Positions 1 to 12,337 are shown, counted from the stretch's first letter. The stretch is DNA of 64,000 nucleotides from Caecitellus pseudoparvulus (GCA_965644315.1 CBFFRQ010000057.1:496001-560000); one strand, 5' to 3'. The notes: generated by a model not told the origin, from the letters alone. Made by a program: numbers and translations.

Positions 1-30
1 CTCATGCACCTCCCCCATCGCCACTCACAG

Positions 31-1142
31 AGGCTGCACGGTGGGCCATGGACCGCTGCGGGGTGGCATACGCAGAGGAAGCGTACCTTCCCATGTTGCA
101 CATGCCTGGCGTGTGGTGGAGCACCCTGGGCTGGACTGGGCGCCAAGCCAGCAACGTTTCCTCATCCTTCTCCACGCCCCTGCTCATGCTGCCTGGCGAG
201 TCGCCTCAGCTGCTGCACAGCAGCATTGGCATTGTGCAGTACGCAGACGAGCACCGCAGTGAGGGGGCACCGAGCCTCATGGCTGGCGCGCCCACGCCGG
301 GTGTGCCTTCGCAGCAAGAGGCGGCCCTTTTCACCTGGCTGCGTGAGCACTTGAGCCCCGCACCGCCAACCCAGCAACCCGTGCCGGATGCGCCCCTCCC
401 AGAGCACAAGCACCCTGGCCTGGCGGGCCTGGCCACCTGCGATGCCTGGGATGCCGCCACGCTGCCTGATGTGCCAGAGGCTGTCCTGGCTGCACTGCCG
501 CCTCCTGCGCAGCGGACTCTGGCCCACCCCTGCGCCACCCCGCCAACGCGCCTGCCCCTGGAGACGGAGCCAGCCAACCTGGAGGGCCTGGACGCCCTGG
601 CCCTCATGCAGCACATGCACGACCGTGTCGGGCCGCTGTCCAGGCGGGCGGGCTACCACGAAGTGTTCCGGCAGCCTGGCCTGTTCGGCAAGCTCGCCGC
701 CGCCAACGTGGCTGGCCTCCAGGCCTGGATCGCAGCCTCCCCCGCCCAGACCCTCATCATCCAGGGGGTGCGCAGCCTGAACATCAACGCCGCATCAGCA
801 GCCAAGGCCCGCAAGCACCTGCTGGCGGAGTTCGAGGCCGTGGGGCGCCGGCTGGAGGCGGGGGGGCCCTTCCTCTGCCCGGGCGGCTTCGGCGCGGCTG
901 ACCTGTACTGGGCGGCCATGGTGGCGCCTGCCTTGATGGTGCAGCCTGGGGAGGGCATGGGGGCGGTGTACCCCTGGGACGACCTGGCCGAGGAGTTCAA
1001 GGAGTACGCCCTGACCCTGCGGGGGAGCCTGGCTGGGCGCCATGCCCTGGCCTGCTTCGCGTTGTATCGCCACGCGTACTTGCAAGTGCCTGCGGCAGCA
1101 GCGACGGGGGGGGAGGGGGGCAAGCCAGACGCAAAGCTGTGA
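31..1142 (+). CDS. Glutathione S-transferase-like protein (5' partial; last exon)
   Basis: An intron acceptor (ctcacag) ends at 30 and is followed by AARWAMDRCGVAYAEEAYLPMLH, resembling the GST N-terminal 'ARWALD..G..Y.EE.H.P' motif. The C-terminal 'GPFLCPGGFGAADLYWAAM' resembles the GST-C 'F..G..FS.ADL' motif. Confidence 0.65.
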
Positions 1143-1272
1143 TGAGGGCAAATGAAACACCCCCACCGTTTCACCACCCCTGCCCGTCCTGCCCGTCCTG
1201 CGCCGTCCAGTGAACGGAGTTGTGTCGGCTCCGCAGGTGAGCAGCAGCACCCCACCACGCCATCGTCGCACC

Positions 1273-3869
1273 ATGGCGTCAGAGTCCCTCTCCAGCAATG
1301 AGAAGAAGCTGTTTGAGAAGTACATCGGCAGTGTGAAGGGAAAGACCTGTGGTGGTCACTCTGCCCCAACAGTGTTGAAGCACCTCATCAAGAAGCACAA
1401 TGGCAACGAGGGAAAGCTGACCGATGCCATCGCACTGTGGCTCACAGGTACGGGTGCCTGACACACCAGCGCCAGCGCAGCAGCCTGGCACGGGACTCGC
1501 CCTTGGGTGCGCAGAGGAACTGAACGTCGACGACTTGAGCACATGGTCCAAGGCCCCCTCCACAAAGACCCGAGGCAAGGTGTGTACTGACGCGGCGATG
1601 CGCGAGGGCTGTGCACGCTGACGAAACGCCACCTCACACGCTGTTCTGCTTCCCCCCGCCTCCCCTCGTGCCAGGCCTCACACAAGCACAGCCAAGGCGG
1701 CAGCTACAGGCGAGATGACCACCAGCGCTCCTCCAGGCCGGGGCCCAGGCGCCAGGACGGCCCAGCAGGGTGCGTGACGAGCCCTGCCTGCAGCGGCGAC
1801 TTTTCCGCGTTGGTGCCAGCAGTTGGCAGTGGCAGTCACCTGCAGCGGCGCATGCCAGGCAGTGTTCAGCGCGCGTCTCGCACGTATCACTTTCATACGC
1901 CCCACATCGCAGGGCGAGGAAGCCTGGCATGGGCCGTGGCAGTGGCAGCGCTCAGGCACCTGCCCCAGCAGCTGCCACTGGTCGAGCAAGTGGCCGGGCA
2001 GCCGGCCGAGGGCGCTCCACACAGCGAGCGCAGGTCAGGCCCAACATGGCAGCTGCAAGCAAGGCGGCGTCCACCCCTGCACCCGCCCCTGCACCACGTG
2101 CCGCGGTGCGTGCTGGCAGCGCCTGGAGCAAGCCCTTGGCCGCCACGCTGAAGGAGAAGGAGGCACAGGAGCAGGCCCAGCTGGCGGCACGCAAGGCACA
2201 GCAGGCGGCGAAGCTGCAGCAGGAGGAGCAGGCACGCAAGGAAGCAGCGAAGGCCGCTGCCGCCGCGGCAGCAGCGCCCAGTCCCCAGGACACACAGCAG
2301 GCGCTGGGCAGCCGCGCCCCCTCCAAGAAGCAGCAGCAGCAGCAGCAGCAGAGGCAGTCGGGCAAGAAGGCCAAGAAGGACGCACCCCCTTCCATGGCGG
2401 AGATGCTGGCAGGCAAGAAGCAGTGGGAGCTCAGCGCAGCCGACAAGGCCAAGGCTGCGAAGGAGGCGGCTGAGAAGGAAGCTGCCGCAGCCGCCGAGGC
2501 CGCTCGCGTGAAGGCTGAGCAGGAGGCAGCAGCCGCTGCCCAAGCTCAGGCAGAAGCGGAGGCTGCACAGGCACGTGCAGAGGAGGAGGCTGCTGCCCTC
2601 GCTCGCAAGCAGGCGGAAGATGCAGCTGCCAAGGCCAGGAAGGAGGCGGCTGAGAAGGAAGCTGCCGCTGCCGCAGCCGCCGAGGCCGCTCGCGTGAAGG
2701 CTGAGCAGGAGGCAGCAGCCGCTGCCCAAGCTCAGGCAGAAGCGGAGGCTGCACAGGCAGCCATGAGCAACCCTTGGCTGACCCAGGGCAGCCACGGAGC
2801 GTCCACCCCCCAGCAAGCCCTGAACTTCGGCCGCATCGGCAGCATGGCCAGCCCTGACCAGATCTCCTTCGGCGGAGTGGAGGTGCCGCAGCCCACGGTG
2901 CAGGAAGAGACCAAGGCGGAGCCCGTGCAGGCGCCCGCTCCCGAGCCTGCGCCCGCGACCATGGCCCCCCAGGGCCTGCAGCGCGCCAGCGACGTGGAGT
3001 CTGCTCTGGCTGCACAGGCCCAGGGCGGCATGCCCCAGCCGGTGGAGGCGGCGGCGCCCGCCCCCCCCACCACGTCACAGATGGCGCCGCCCCCCGGCAT
3101 GACCATGGAGCAGGCGCCCGCCGCCACCCAGCAGTACCCCCAGCACATGCACATGGGCATGCAGGGGTACCCCCACCAGATGCCCTTCGGGCAGCCTGAG
3201 GCGCTGTCCCAGGCCATGGCCCACCAGGGCGGCATGTCCTTGGGGCACATGCAGCAGCCCCAGCAGCAGCAGCCCCAGCAGCAGCAGGTGCTGGGCGGCG
3301 ACCCCACCAAGGGCGTGCAAGGCATGCAGCAGACCGTGCCCCAGCAGGGCATGGGCATGGGCATGGCCCCCCCCGCCACGGCTGGCTTTCCCCCCGCCTC
3401 CTTCCCCGCCGTGGACCCCAGCATGATGACGTACAACCCCAGCCTCATGTTCAACGGGTTCTACCCCGGCGCCTTCCCCCACGCCGCCTACCCCGCCCCC
3501 TCCTTCCAGCAGGGCATGTACCCTGGTGGCGTCATGCCTTCGGGGCAGTTCCCCCGCCAGGGCGTGCAGATGCCCCAGGGCACCGCGCCCCAGATGGCGC
3601 CTGTCAGCCAGCAGCTGCCCCAGCAGGGCATGCCTCTGCAGGGCATGCCTCAGCAGCAGATGCCTCAGCAGGGCATGCCTCAGCAGGGCATGCCTCAGCA
3701 GCAGATGCCTTTCGCGACGTACGGCGGCCTGGGCACCATGCCCCAGCACATGTACAGCACCGGCTCCGCACCTTTCACCCATGACATGGGCATGCAGAGC
3801 TCCATGCCGACCACTGGCCCTCAGGAGGGCATGTGGGGCACGACAAACCCTGCACCCCGTATGGGCTGA
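1273..3869 (+). CDS. Multi-exon low-complexity protein: short helical UBA/CUE-like N-terminus, RG-rich segment, Ala/Glu/Lys coiled coil, Q/P/M-rich C-terminus (UBAP2/Def1/GIP1-like architecture)
   Basis: ATG at 1273 (MASESLSSNEKK...DAIALWLT), several GT-AG introns, then the long frame ending at 3869. The family assignment rests on architecture only. Confidence 0.5.
2460..2760 (+). repeat. Intragenic direct duplication of about 115 bp (KEAAEKEAAAAAEAARVKAEQEAAAAAQAQAEAEAAQA x2)
   Basis: Near-identical copies at about 2460-2572 and 2640-2758. Confidence 0.9.
3620..3710 (+). repeat. 15-bp coding minisatellite (QQGMP/QQQMP repeats)
   Basis: Tandem cagcagggcatgcct units are directly visible. Confidence 0.85.
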
Positions 3870-3966
3870 CACGCTCGCGGCAGCACCTGAGCAGCAGCAC
3901 AATTCACACGGCACTACCAGCGTTGAGCCATGCCTGGCCCTTGTCACAGGCACACGAACGGCAGGT

Positions 3967-4635
3967 ATGAGTGCTGCTCGATCCAGTGAAGGGGCGGCCG
4001 CTGCCCGATGGGGGCGAGAGGCAGGCAGTGCGAGGTACGGCCAGCGTGGCGGAAATTGCTCCAGCAGCCTGCGTCATTGGCGCACCCCCCCCTCCCTGTG
4101 CAGAGGTCGAGAGCGCAGCCGCAGTCCGCCACAGCACCGACACGGTGATGTGCGACCTTGGTCCCGCCGCACAGCGGAGGATGCATCCCCCAGCCGGCGA
4201 CCTCAGCGGTGGCAGGAGGGCGGCGCCAGAGGTGACGAGCGGTCTTCGCGGCGGGCCCCTGGGCGCTACGATGCGCGGGCAGAGGAGCAGCGTGGCCCCC
4301 CTGCCCAGTCCAAGAAGCATGCAGATCAGTTTGCAGACAGTGACGACGACGAGGACGCCAGTGGGGAGCGGGGTGGCGGGGCTGCTGCGCCAGCGAAGGC
4401 ACGCGACACGTCGGCACTGCCCATGGTGCCTGCTGGCATGGAGAAGATGCCCGAGGAGGAGCTGCTGGCGCAGTTGATGGGCATGCAGAGCTTCGGCTCC
4501 AGCAAGGGCCAAGGCGTGGACGACAACAAGTACGGCGACGCACGAGGGGGCATGCGCAAGAACCAAGTGCGCAAGTACCGGCAGTACATGAACCGTAAGG
4601 GCGGCTTCAACCGCAGCCTGGACAAGATCAAGTGA
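3967..4635 (+). CDS. SNRNP27: U4/U6.U5 tri-snRNP 27 kDa protein
   Basis: RS-rich N-terminus plus the diagnostic C-terminus MGMQSFGSSKG...RKYRQYMNRKGGFNRSLD. The start codon and a possible intron near 4035-4104 are uncertain. Confidence 0.9.
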   Translation: MSAARSSEGAAAARWGREAGSARYGQRGGNCSSSLRHWRTPPSLCRGRERSRSPPQHRHGDVRPWSRRTAEDASPSRRPQRWQEGGARGDERSSRRAPGRYDARAEEQRGPPAQSKKHADQFADSDDDEDASGERGGGAAAPAKARDTSALPMVPAGMEKMPEEELLAQLMGMQSFGSSKGQGVDDNKYGDARGGMRKNQVRKYRQYMNRKGGFNRSLDKIK

Positions 4636-4907
4636 GGGTGTGGCAAAGAAGGGCCTGCAGAGCGGGCCCCTGGAAGGGGAGGGGCGGAGCAGGCCTTGGC
4701 AAGGTGCGCTTGCAGAGCCAGGACGGCGGCGCGTGCGGCCCGCCAAACCACACTTCCCGGTCAGCCCACGTGGCACCAGCCAGCCCAGGCCGACTTCGAG
4801 CCCTGTCTATTGCGCTGCACGCTTCGTGACAGCAGCTGGCGGCGCTGGTGTCCCTGCGTTGCTGCTCGGCAGTGTTGCGAAAAGGGAGCGCTGGCAATTT
4901 CCGCACA

Positions 4908-5930
4908 ATGAAACTGAAGAAGCTCGAGAGCCTGCTGTCCTCCTTGGAGCACTTCCACACGCCCAAGGTGGAATTGGAGCAGTACCCAACCTCTGCACAC
5001 CTTGCTGCGTGCATGGTGTGGGCTGCCCACACCATGCACGACGACATCGCCGACCGCACCGTGGCAGACTTGGGCTGTGGCACGGGAATGTTGACCGCTG
5101 GCGCGCTGCTGCTTGGCGCGCAGCACATCACCGCCCTGGACGTGGACCCAGACGCCATCGCCCAAGCACAGGACAACCTATCCAGCCTGGGCGCCGAGGA
5201 GGGCGAGGACGTCACCTTCCAGCTCGCCGACCTGGGCGCCAGCGACGGCGCAGCTGACGGCGCCTGCCCAGTGCCCCTCGTGGACACCGTCATCATGAAC
5301 CCGCCCTTCGGCACCCGCGTGGAGGGCATTGACGTGCACTTCCTCACCCTGGCCGTGCGCCGTGCTCGGCGGGCTGTCTACTCCATGCACAAGTCTAGCA
5401 CTCGTGCCCACATCCTGAAGGTGGCCAGCCAGATGGGCGCCCCCGCCACCACCCTGGCCACCATGCGCTTCCCCATCCCGCGCATGTACGCGCACCACAC
5501 CCAGGACAGTGTGGATGTGGAGGTGGACCTCGTGCGCCTGGACACGTCTGGCCTGGACCACACAGGCAGCGTGTCTGAGGGGGTCGGGTCGGCCACCCCG
5601 CCCACCGCAGCAGCGGCGGCAGCGGCAGCGGCGGCAGGGCCCCCACACCACGGTGGGGACAGCGAGGACCATGCGCCGGCTGAGGGTTGTGCAGGGGCCT
5701 CCTCGTCCGGCAGCGAAGGCGAGGGCAGCGATGGAGAGGGGGGGCCACCCCCCCTCCCTCATGATGACCTGGGGGACCTGCGCAGGCGTCCGACGGGGCA
5801 ACGTTGGAGTGGCAAGACGGGGGGTGGGGTTGGAAAGAAGAAGGGGGGTGGGCGAGGTGCCAAGGCTGGGGGAGGAGGGGGCCGTGGCCGGGGCAGGTCT
5901 GGAGGCAAGGGCAGAGGCAAGCGCAGGTAG
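4908..5930 (+). CDS. METTL5: 18S rRNA N6-adenosine methyltransferase METTL5 with an acidic and G/K/R-rich C-terminal extension
   Basis: MKLKKLES..F..PKVELEQYPT, VADLGCGTGML, DTVIMNPPFGT, VYSMHKSSTR, VDVEVD. Confidence 0.93.
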   Translation: MKLKKLESLLSSLEHFHTPKVELEQYPTSAHLAACMVWAAHTMHDDIADRTVADLGCGTGMLTAGALLLGAQHITALDVDPDAIAQAQDNLSSLGAEEGEDVTFQLADLGASDGAADGACPVPLVDTVIMNPPFGTRVEGIDVHFLTLAVRRARRAVYSMHKSSTRAHILKVASQMGAPATTLATMRFPIPRMYAHHTQDSVDVEVDLVRLDTSGLDHTGSVSEGVGSATPPTAAAAAAAAAAGPPHHGGDSEDHAPAEGCAGASSSGSEGEGSDGEGGPPPLPHDDLGDLRRRPTGQRWSGKTGGGVGKKKGGGRGAKAGGGGGRGRGRSGGKGRGKRR

Positions 5931-6047
5931 AGCCAATGCAATTTTCAACCCAGACAGAGGACGCCTTTCATTTTGTCCTGAGTTAGGGGGGGTTTCATGA
6001 CGTAGCCACCCTCCTCGCGTTGGCCACAGGCGCTTTGGGCCGGCACG

Positions 6048-7819
6048 ATGGCGAAACGCGAGGGAAACGCAGGCGCAGACCAGCTGGCCTGCATGCCCCC
6101 CCCAGCACCCCGGCGTACAAAGCAGGTGGTCCTGTCCGAGGAGGAGTACACTAGTCGGCTTGCAGCCATCATTGAGCGGGATTTCTTCCCAGACCTGCCC
6201 AAGACACGGGCCAAGCTGCAGGCAAGTGCTCTGGCGCAAGCCACCCACTGGCGCACCTGCACACAGCACCCCCGCCCCTGCACCCGCGACCGTCACAGTA
6301 CCTGAAGGCCGTGGATGATGGAGATGCAGCTGCCATCGCCTCAGCCGAGCAGGCTCTGGCCGTGGCCCAACAGCCTCAGCCCCCCTCCGCGCCAGGGGGT
6401 GTGGACGCCTTCCTGGCCCAGCACACGAGCGAAGACAACGCTGCCTTCCAGGAGCTGCAGCAGCAGGCCTTGGCTGCACACCGGGAGAAGCACTGGTGGC
6501 TGTATGAGCGCCATGACATCGGCGCGCGGGCGCTGGTGCTGGCGGGCGGGGACGCGCCAGCAGTGCAGTTGCTGCTGGCGCAGGGGAGGGCGGGGGGGGC
6601 TGCACCCCCCTCCGGCACGCAGCGGCAGAACGACGGGTTGGGCGAGGGCGAAGGCGTGAACAACTGGAAGTACCGCCCCCGCAACCAGCTCATGTTCACG
6701 CCAGACTTGGCCGTGTCAGCGCATGCCGCCGGCGTGTCGACGGCACCCGCCTTGGCGCATAGGCCAGGCCGGAGCAGGGGGGGTGTGGGGGAGGGGGCCT
6801 CGGCCCCACACCTGGCCAGGCTGCGTGATGCTGGGAAGGGGCAAGGCGGAGGGAGCGAGGGGGTGGAGGAGGAGGGTGAGGCTCCTGTGGTGCCGGCGTG
6901 GGTGGCACCGTCTGCCCCTGGCCCCGCCGCCCGTGTGCTGGTACCGCACACACGCACGAAGCCGGATGGGGGGGTGGTGCGGCCCAGAGCGCTGGCCCAC
7001 GCCGCCACACGGCTGCCGAGCCGAGGGGGGGACACGCCTGCACCTGCCGCCGCCGCCGCTCGCCCCAGCATGCAGGCTGTGCTGGCAGGGCAGGCTGGTG
7101 AGGGGGGGTACACGTACGTCGCTACACCCTCCCCCATGCCGGGGTCGGGGGTGGGTGTGCACGCCACGCCGGCCATCACCTGGGGCGCCGTCGCTGCGAC
7201 GCCCATGCTGAGCGAGGCGCCGGCGGCGGCGGGGACGCCTGGCGCCGCTCCCGACACCCTGCGCAGCCTGGACCCCGCCCTGCTGGCAGCGCTGCTGGAC
7301 ACGGCGGAGGGGGGGGGGGGCGGCATCCCCCCCGCACCCTCCCCCTTCCGTGTCCAGCCGCTGCCCGAGCGAGACGCCTTGGCCCACAGCATGGCCCGGC
7401 GGCAGGCGTCTGGCGGTCCGGGTGGACACGACGCCCCCCCCTCCACGCGCCCCACGTCCGCCCTGTCCGCTGCCGCCCTGTCCGCCGCCCGGTCTGCGCT
7501 GGGACTGCGGGAGCCCGGCACGCCCGCCTTCCCCTCCACAGCCACGGGGGAGGCGAAGGGGGGCCAACAAGACAGACGGGGGCGCAAGCGTGCCCAGCGG
7601 ACGCCGGGGGGGGGCGGGCGCGTCCCCCCCTCCCCAGCTGCTGCCGCGCTGGCTGCCAAGCTGGGCGTGAGCCTGACGCCAGGGCCGCGCCCGGCCAGCC
7701 ACCGAGCCAAGCGGCCACGGAAACGAGCGGAAGACAAAGACACTGCCAAGGCGTCATCACCACCGCCTGCAGTGGTGCCGGATGGGGCCGGGCAAGGCAT
7801 CACGGGGGGGCTGCTGTGA
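6048..7819 (+). CDS. ESS2: Splicing factor ESS2/DGCR14 (exons 6048-6221, 6299-7819)
   Basis: VLSEEEY...IIERDFFPDL, DAFL..HTSEDNAAF, WKYRPRNQLMF, GYTYVATPSPMPG, TPAITWG...TP. The exons join in frame through a GC-AG intron. Confidence 0.9.
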
Positions 7820-7973
7820 GGGCGAAGGCCAAGGTGCGCCGTGTGCACAAGCAGGCGTGCGCTGGCACATTCCTTCCGCCCAAGGCACGCCTTGCCCCAG
7901 CCCGCCCCAAACCTGGCATGCAGCTCACGCAAACCCCTGTTTGCGCGCCTGTCTCCCGCCCAGCTCCGACACC

Positions 7974-9968
7974 ATGATGCGCAGCACCATGCGCGCCGCC
8001 CGTGCGGTTTTTGAAGCTCGGCTCCCCCACACGCCAGCGCGGACCCTGCACGCGACGGGGGCAGCACTGGCGCACGTCCTGCTCTTGGACGGAATCAACC
8101 CCATGGCTGCACAAGTGCTGGAGGATGCAGGGCACACTGCCGACGTCTCTGCCGCCATGCCGGAGGAGGAGCTGCTGACGGTGCGGAAAATATTTCGCCG
8201 ACGCTGACTGGGACGCGTGGCGGCCTTGGCCGCTCGCCCCAGACGGCCCAGTGCAGCGGAGACACGCAGCCTGCCCTCACTGTTGCCTGTGCAGGTCATC
8301 CCCAAGTACGACGCCGTCGTGGTGCGCTCCAGCACCTTCATCACCCCTGCAGTGCTCAAGGTGGGCTGATGCGGGGTGTGCCGCCGCCACAGCCACGCGC
8401 TCCTCCCCCGCCTGCACCACACTGGCTGCGCCGCCCTCCCCCTTCCCCTGCAGGCAGGCCAGAACCTGAAGTTGATCGGGCGCGCAGGCGCAGGCACCGA
8501 CAACATCGACAAGCCCGCCGCCACCAAGGCTGGCGTGGTGGTCATGAACACGCCAGGCGGCAACACGCGCTCTGCAGCTGAGCTGACCGTGTCCCTCATG
8601 CTCAGCGTCGCACGGCGCCTGCCCCAGGCGGTGTCCAGCTTGAAGGCTGGGCGCTGGGAGCGCTCCCAGCACAAGGGTGTGGAGCTGCGCGGGAAGGCCA
8701 TCGCCATCGTGGGGGTGGGGGCCATTGGGCGAGAGGTGGCGCGGTGGGCGCAGGCCCTGGGCATGCAGGTGCTGGGGTATGACCCCGCCCTCACCTCCCA
8801 GGACGCCGAGGAGCTGGGCATCGAGAAGGTGGACAGCCTGGACTCCCTGTGGGGCGCCGCGGACGTCGTCTCCCTGCACGTGCCGGGGGAGGGTACACGG
8901 CACATGGTGGGCGCGGCAGAGCTCGCCGCCATGCGCCCCGGCGCCGTGCTCATCAACGTGGCGCGGGGTGGCGTCATCGACCCCGATGCGCTGCTGGGCG
9001 CACTGGAGTCGGGGCACCTCGGCGGCGCTGGGCTGGACGTGTACCCCACGGAGCCACCACCCCCCTCCATGACTCCCTTGCTGCAGCACCCCAGGGTGGT
9101 GTGCACGCCACACCTGGGCGCCAGCACGGAGGAGGCGCAGGTGAAGGTGGCAGTGGACATCGCGGCGCAGATCCGGGATGCCCTGGCCGGCAAGGCGTGG
9201 ACGGGGGTGGTGAATGCGCCCCACATCGCCCTGGCGGGTGCGCCCTCATCCGCCCCCCTGGTGGCCCTGGCAACCTCCCTGGGCAGCCTTGTCGCCCAGA
9301 TCACAGGGCACGTGAAGGACGACCCCATCACTGGCTTGAAGGTGCAGTTGGTGGGGGGGGGCATGACTGGGCCCACTGTGCCCAAAGCCACCCAGGCTGC
9401 CTACCGCCAACTGCTGGGCGCGGCGGCGGCGAGGGGGGCCTTGCCTGCCGCTCGCCCCAGCGTGCGCGGCGACACCCTGAACCTCGTCTCGGCCACGCAC
9501 GTGTCGGAGGAACAGGGCATTCCAGTGCAGGTGGCGGAGTTGGATTTGCTGATGGAGTACGTCTCTGGCGCGGCGGCGGCGTGCGAGTCGGGGTTGGCGG
9601 GGCACCCGCTCCTGGTGCGTGTGGCGGCCACCACCGCCAGTGGCGCTGCGCGGGAGGTGACGGGGACGGTGGAGGGCGGCAAGGTGCGCGTGGTGCAGGT
9701 GGATGCCTGGCCCTCCTTCCCCGCCTTCACTGCCAACGGCCATGTGGCGCTGCTGTCCAATGTGGACCGGCCGGGGGCGGTTGCTGCCATCACCCAGGAG
9801 CTGGCAGGTGAGGGGGTGAACATTGCTTTCTTGGGCGTGGCCCGGCAGCAAGAGGGTGCCCCCGCCCTCACCGTCGTCGTGACGGACTCCAAGCTGCCCA
9901 AGTCCCTGCAGCAGCGCCTGATTGCGACGGGGGAGGTGTCCAGCATCTCCGTGGCCAGCCTCGCCTGA
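7974..9968 (+). CDS. PHGDH: D-3-phosphoglycerate dehydrogenase, type I with ASB and ACT domains; predicted mitochondrial presequence (exons 7974-8180, 8295-8360, 8454-9968)
   Basis: GRAGAGTDNID, VMNTPGGN..SAAE, GVGAIG, INVARGG, TPHLGASTEEAQ, and the ACT motif NVDRPGAV. Both introns splice in phase. Confidence 0.93.
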
Positions 9969-10065
9969 GCCGAGGCACGGCGCCGCACTGCCCAATACAC
10001 ATGCCAATAGCACTTGCTCGCATGCGCCTTCACTGCACACCACTGAGACTCGTCCACGGCGCACC

Positions 10066-12322
10066 ATGGCTGCGCTGCCGCCGAACGCGTACAGCCCGGC
10101 CCGGAGCCCGTCCAGGCCGCTGGCACGCGCCAACGTTCGCGTCCAGCGCCACGGCAGCAACGGCCAGGCCAGGAAGGCCCAAGACTTTGGTGTGTGCGAC
10201 ATCTCTTTCGATGCAGATGCTGCTGAACTCAGCATCACCACAGTGCTCGAGGGGAAGGCGCTTTTCCTACCCATGGAAGGTGGCGTGTCAGGTGCGCGAA
10301 GTGCCGCAGGGTAAACGCCTGCTGCACTCCAGCGCCCAGCAGCACCCCGCCCGCGCCCCTTGCAGTGGAAATGAAGATGGCACAGCAAGGCAAGATGTCC
10401 ATCATGTGCGTGGATAAGGTGCACGTGCCAGTCGCCAGTCGCACCCGCAGACAGGCCGCCTCCGTCTGCACAGCAGTGTCGCTGTGTCACTTGCCAGCAC
10501 CACGCCACCCAGCCCCCTGTCACAGACACCGGAAGCACTCCCTCGTCATCATGCTGGCCGGCAGTACACACTTTGAACTGGCCTGTGTGGCGTGTGCCAT
10601 GGCTGGGCGCCCCTTGCCTCGGAAGCTTCGGCGCAAGGCACGCACCGCCCCGTCGCCCACCCTGCTCCTGGCCTCGCCCACTGCGGCCGCGTCACGACCC
10701 AGGCCCCAGAGTGCCCCGACACCACCCGCTTCCGCTGCAGTGGAGCTGTCTGCGAGACAGAAGTCTGTCATTCGAGCCGTGCTTGCGGGCAAGTCTGTCT
10801 TCTTCACGGGGCCAGCTGGCAGTGGCAAGAGTTTGCTGTTGCGGCAGCTCATCCGCCGCCTGCCCCCCGCAACGACAGCAGTAACGGCTTCCACGGGCAT
10901 TGCCGCGTGCAACATCGGCGGCGTGACACTGCACTCGTGGGCAGGCATGGGTCGCGCGTACTCCAGCACCCCTGCTGCCGACATCGCCCGCGCCATCCGG
11001 CGAAGGCGGGATGTGCTGGGTCGCTGGCTTGCGACGCGGGTACTGGTGGTGGACGAGGTGTCCATGGTGGAGGGTCCCTTCCTGGACAAGCTGGAGGCGG
11101 TTGCACGCGAAGTGCGCTCCTCCTCGGCAGCCTTTGGCGGCATCCAGCTGGTGCTCGTGGGGGATTTCTACCAGCTCCCGCCTGTCGCGAGCAAAGCCGA
11201 GCAAGTGCCCTTTGCCTTCCAAGCGGCGGCGTGGAAGCGCTGCATCCAGCACAACATTCAGCTGACCGACGTTTTCCGGCAGGCCCACGGCGAGTTTGTG
11301 GACATCCTGAACGAAGCTCGGGAGGGCAGCGTGAGTGACTCGCCCGCTGGCCGGCCGCCGACGCACACCCCGCACTGCACGCACCCGCTGCGCCACAGAT
11401 TTCACCCGCATCTCTTGACGTGTTGAACTCGCGCTGGGGGGTTGCATTGGACTGCGCGGCGGCTGGCATTGCCGCCACCAAGCTCATGACGCATAAGGGT
11501 GATGTGGATGCCCGTAACGCCGCTCAGCTCAAGAGCTTGCCCGGGGAAGCGCTGTCCTTTGCCGCCGCCGATGTCGCCACCAGTGGGAAGCCGGGGCACT
11601 TGGCCATGCTGAAGGCGAACTGCCGTGCCAGGGACACACTCCTGCTCAAGGCAGGCGCACAAGTCATGCTGATCAAGAGCATTTCCCCGGCTGAAGGGCT
11701 GGTGAATGGGACGCGCGGCGTGGTGAAAGAGTTCACCAAGGGAGCCACTCCTCACCCTGTCGTGCAGTTTGGCAATGGAGTGCTCCGGACCATCAGGCCT
11801 GTGGACTGGAACGTGTCTGTGGGCGGCGCCACAGTTGCCACGCGGCGGCAGCTGCCGCTGGACCTTGCGTGGGCACTCAGCATCCACAAGTCACAAGGCA
11901 TGACCCTGGACGCTGTGGAGGTGTCTTTGGGCCGCGTGTTTGAGTGTGGACAGGCGTACGTCGCTCTGTCGCGGTGCAGGTCCTTGGAGGGCCTGAGCCT
12001 CGTGGACCGCATCACCGCTGACAGCATTCGAGCGCACCCCGACGTGCAAGCCTTCTACGCTCAGCTGCAGGGCGCAGAGGCCCTCCACACTGCGGAAGAG
12101 CACCCATCAGCTGAGCGTACGGCGGCCCCCAGCGATGTGCCGCAGGCCAAGGGCAAACGGACACACTCCGCACGAGTGGCCATGTCCCCGACAAAACCAC
12201 CGGCTGGCCGCGCCGCCCTGGCTCCCATCCAAGGCACAACATCGGGCACCACCCCGGAGAAGAAGCGCAGCTCTGTGGCCCCTCCCGAAGAATGCTCTGT
12301 GGCACGCACGCTGGTGCTCTGA
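10066..12322 (+). CDS. PIF1: PIF1-family 5'-3' DNA helicase (multi-exon)
   Basis: FFTGPAGSGKS, ASTGIAACNIGGVTLHS, DEVSM, FGGIQLVLVGDFYQLPPV, GLVNGTRG, QLPLDLAWALSIHKSQGMTL, GQAYVALSR. An intron near 11331-11398 bridges the two ORFs; the N-terminal exon boundaries are approximate. Confidence 0.92.
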
Positions 12323-12337
12323 TGCATTGCCTGTCGT

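Noticed and set aside
10066-12322. PIF1 as a Helitron helicase
   Set aside because: No HUH Rep domain or Helitron termini are evident; it has introns and sits among housekeeping genes.
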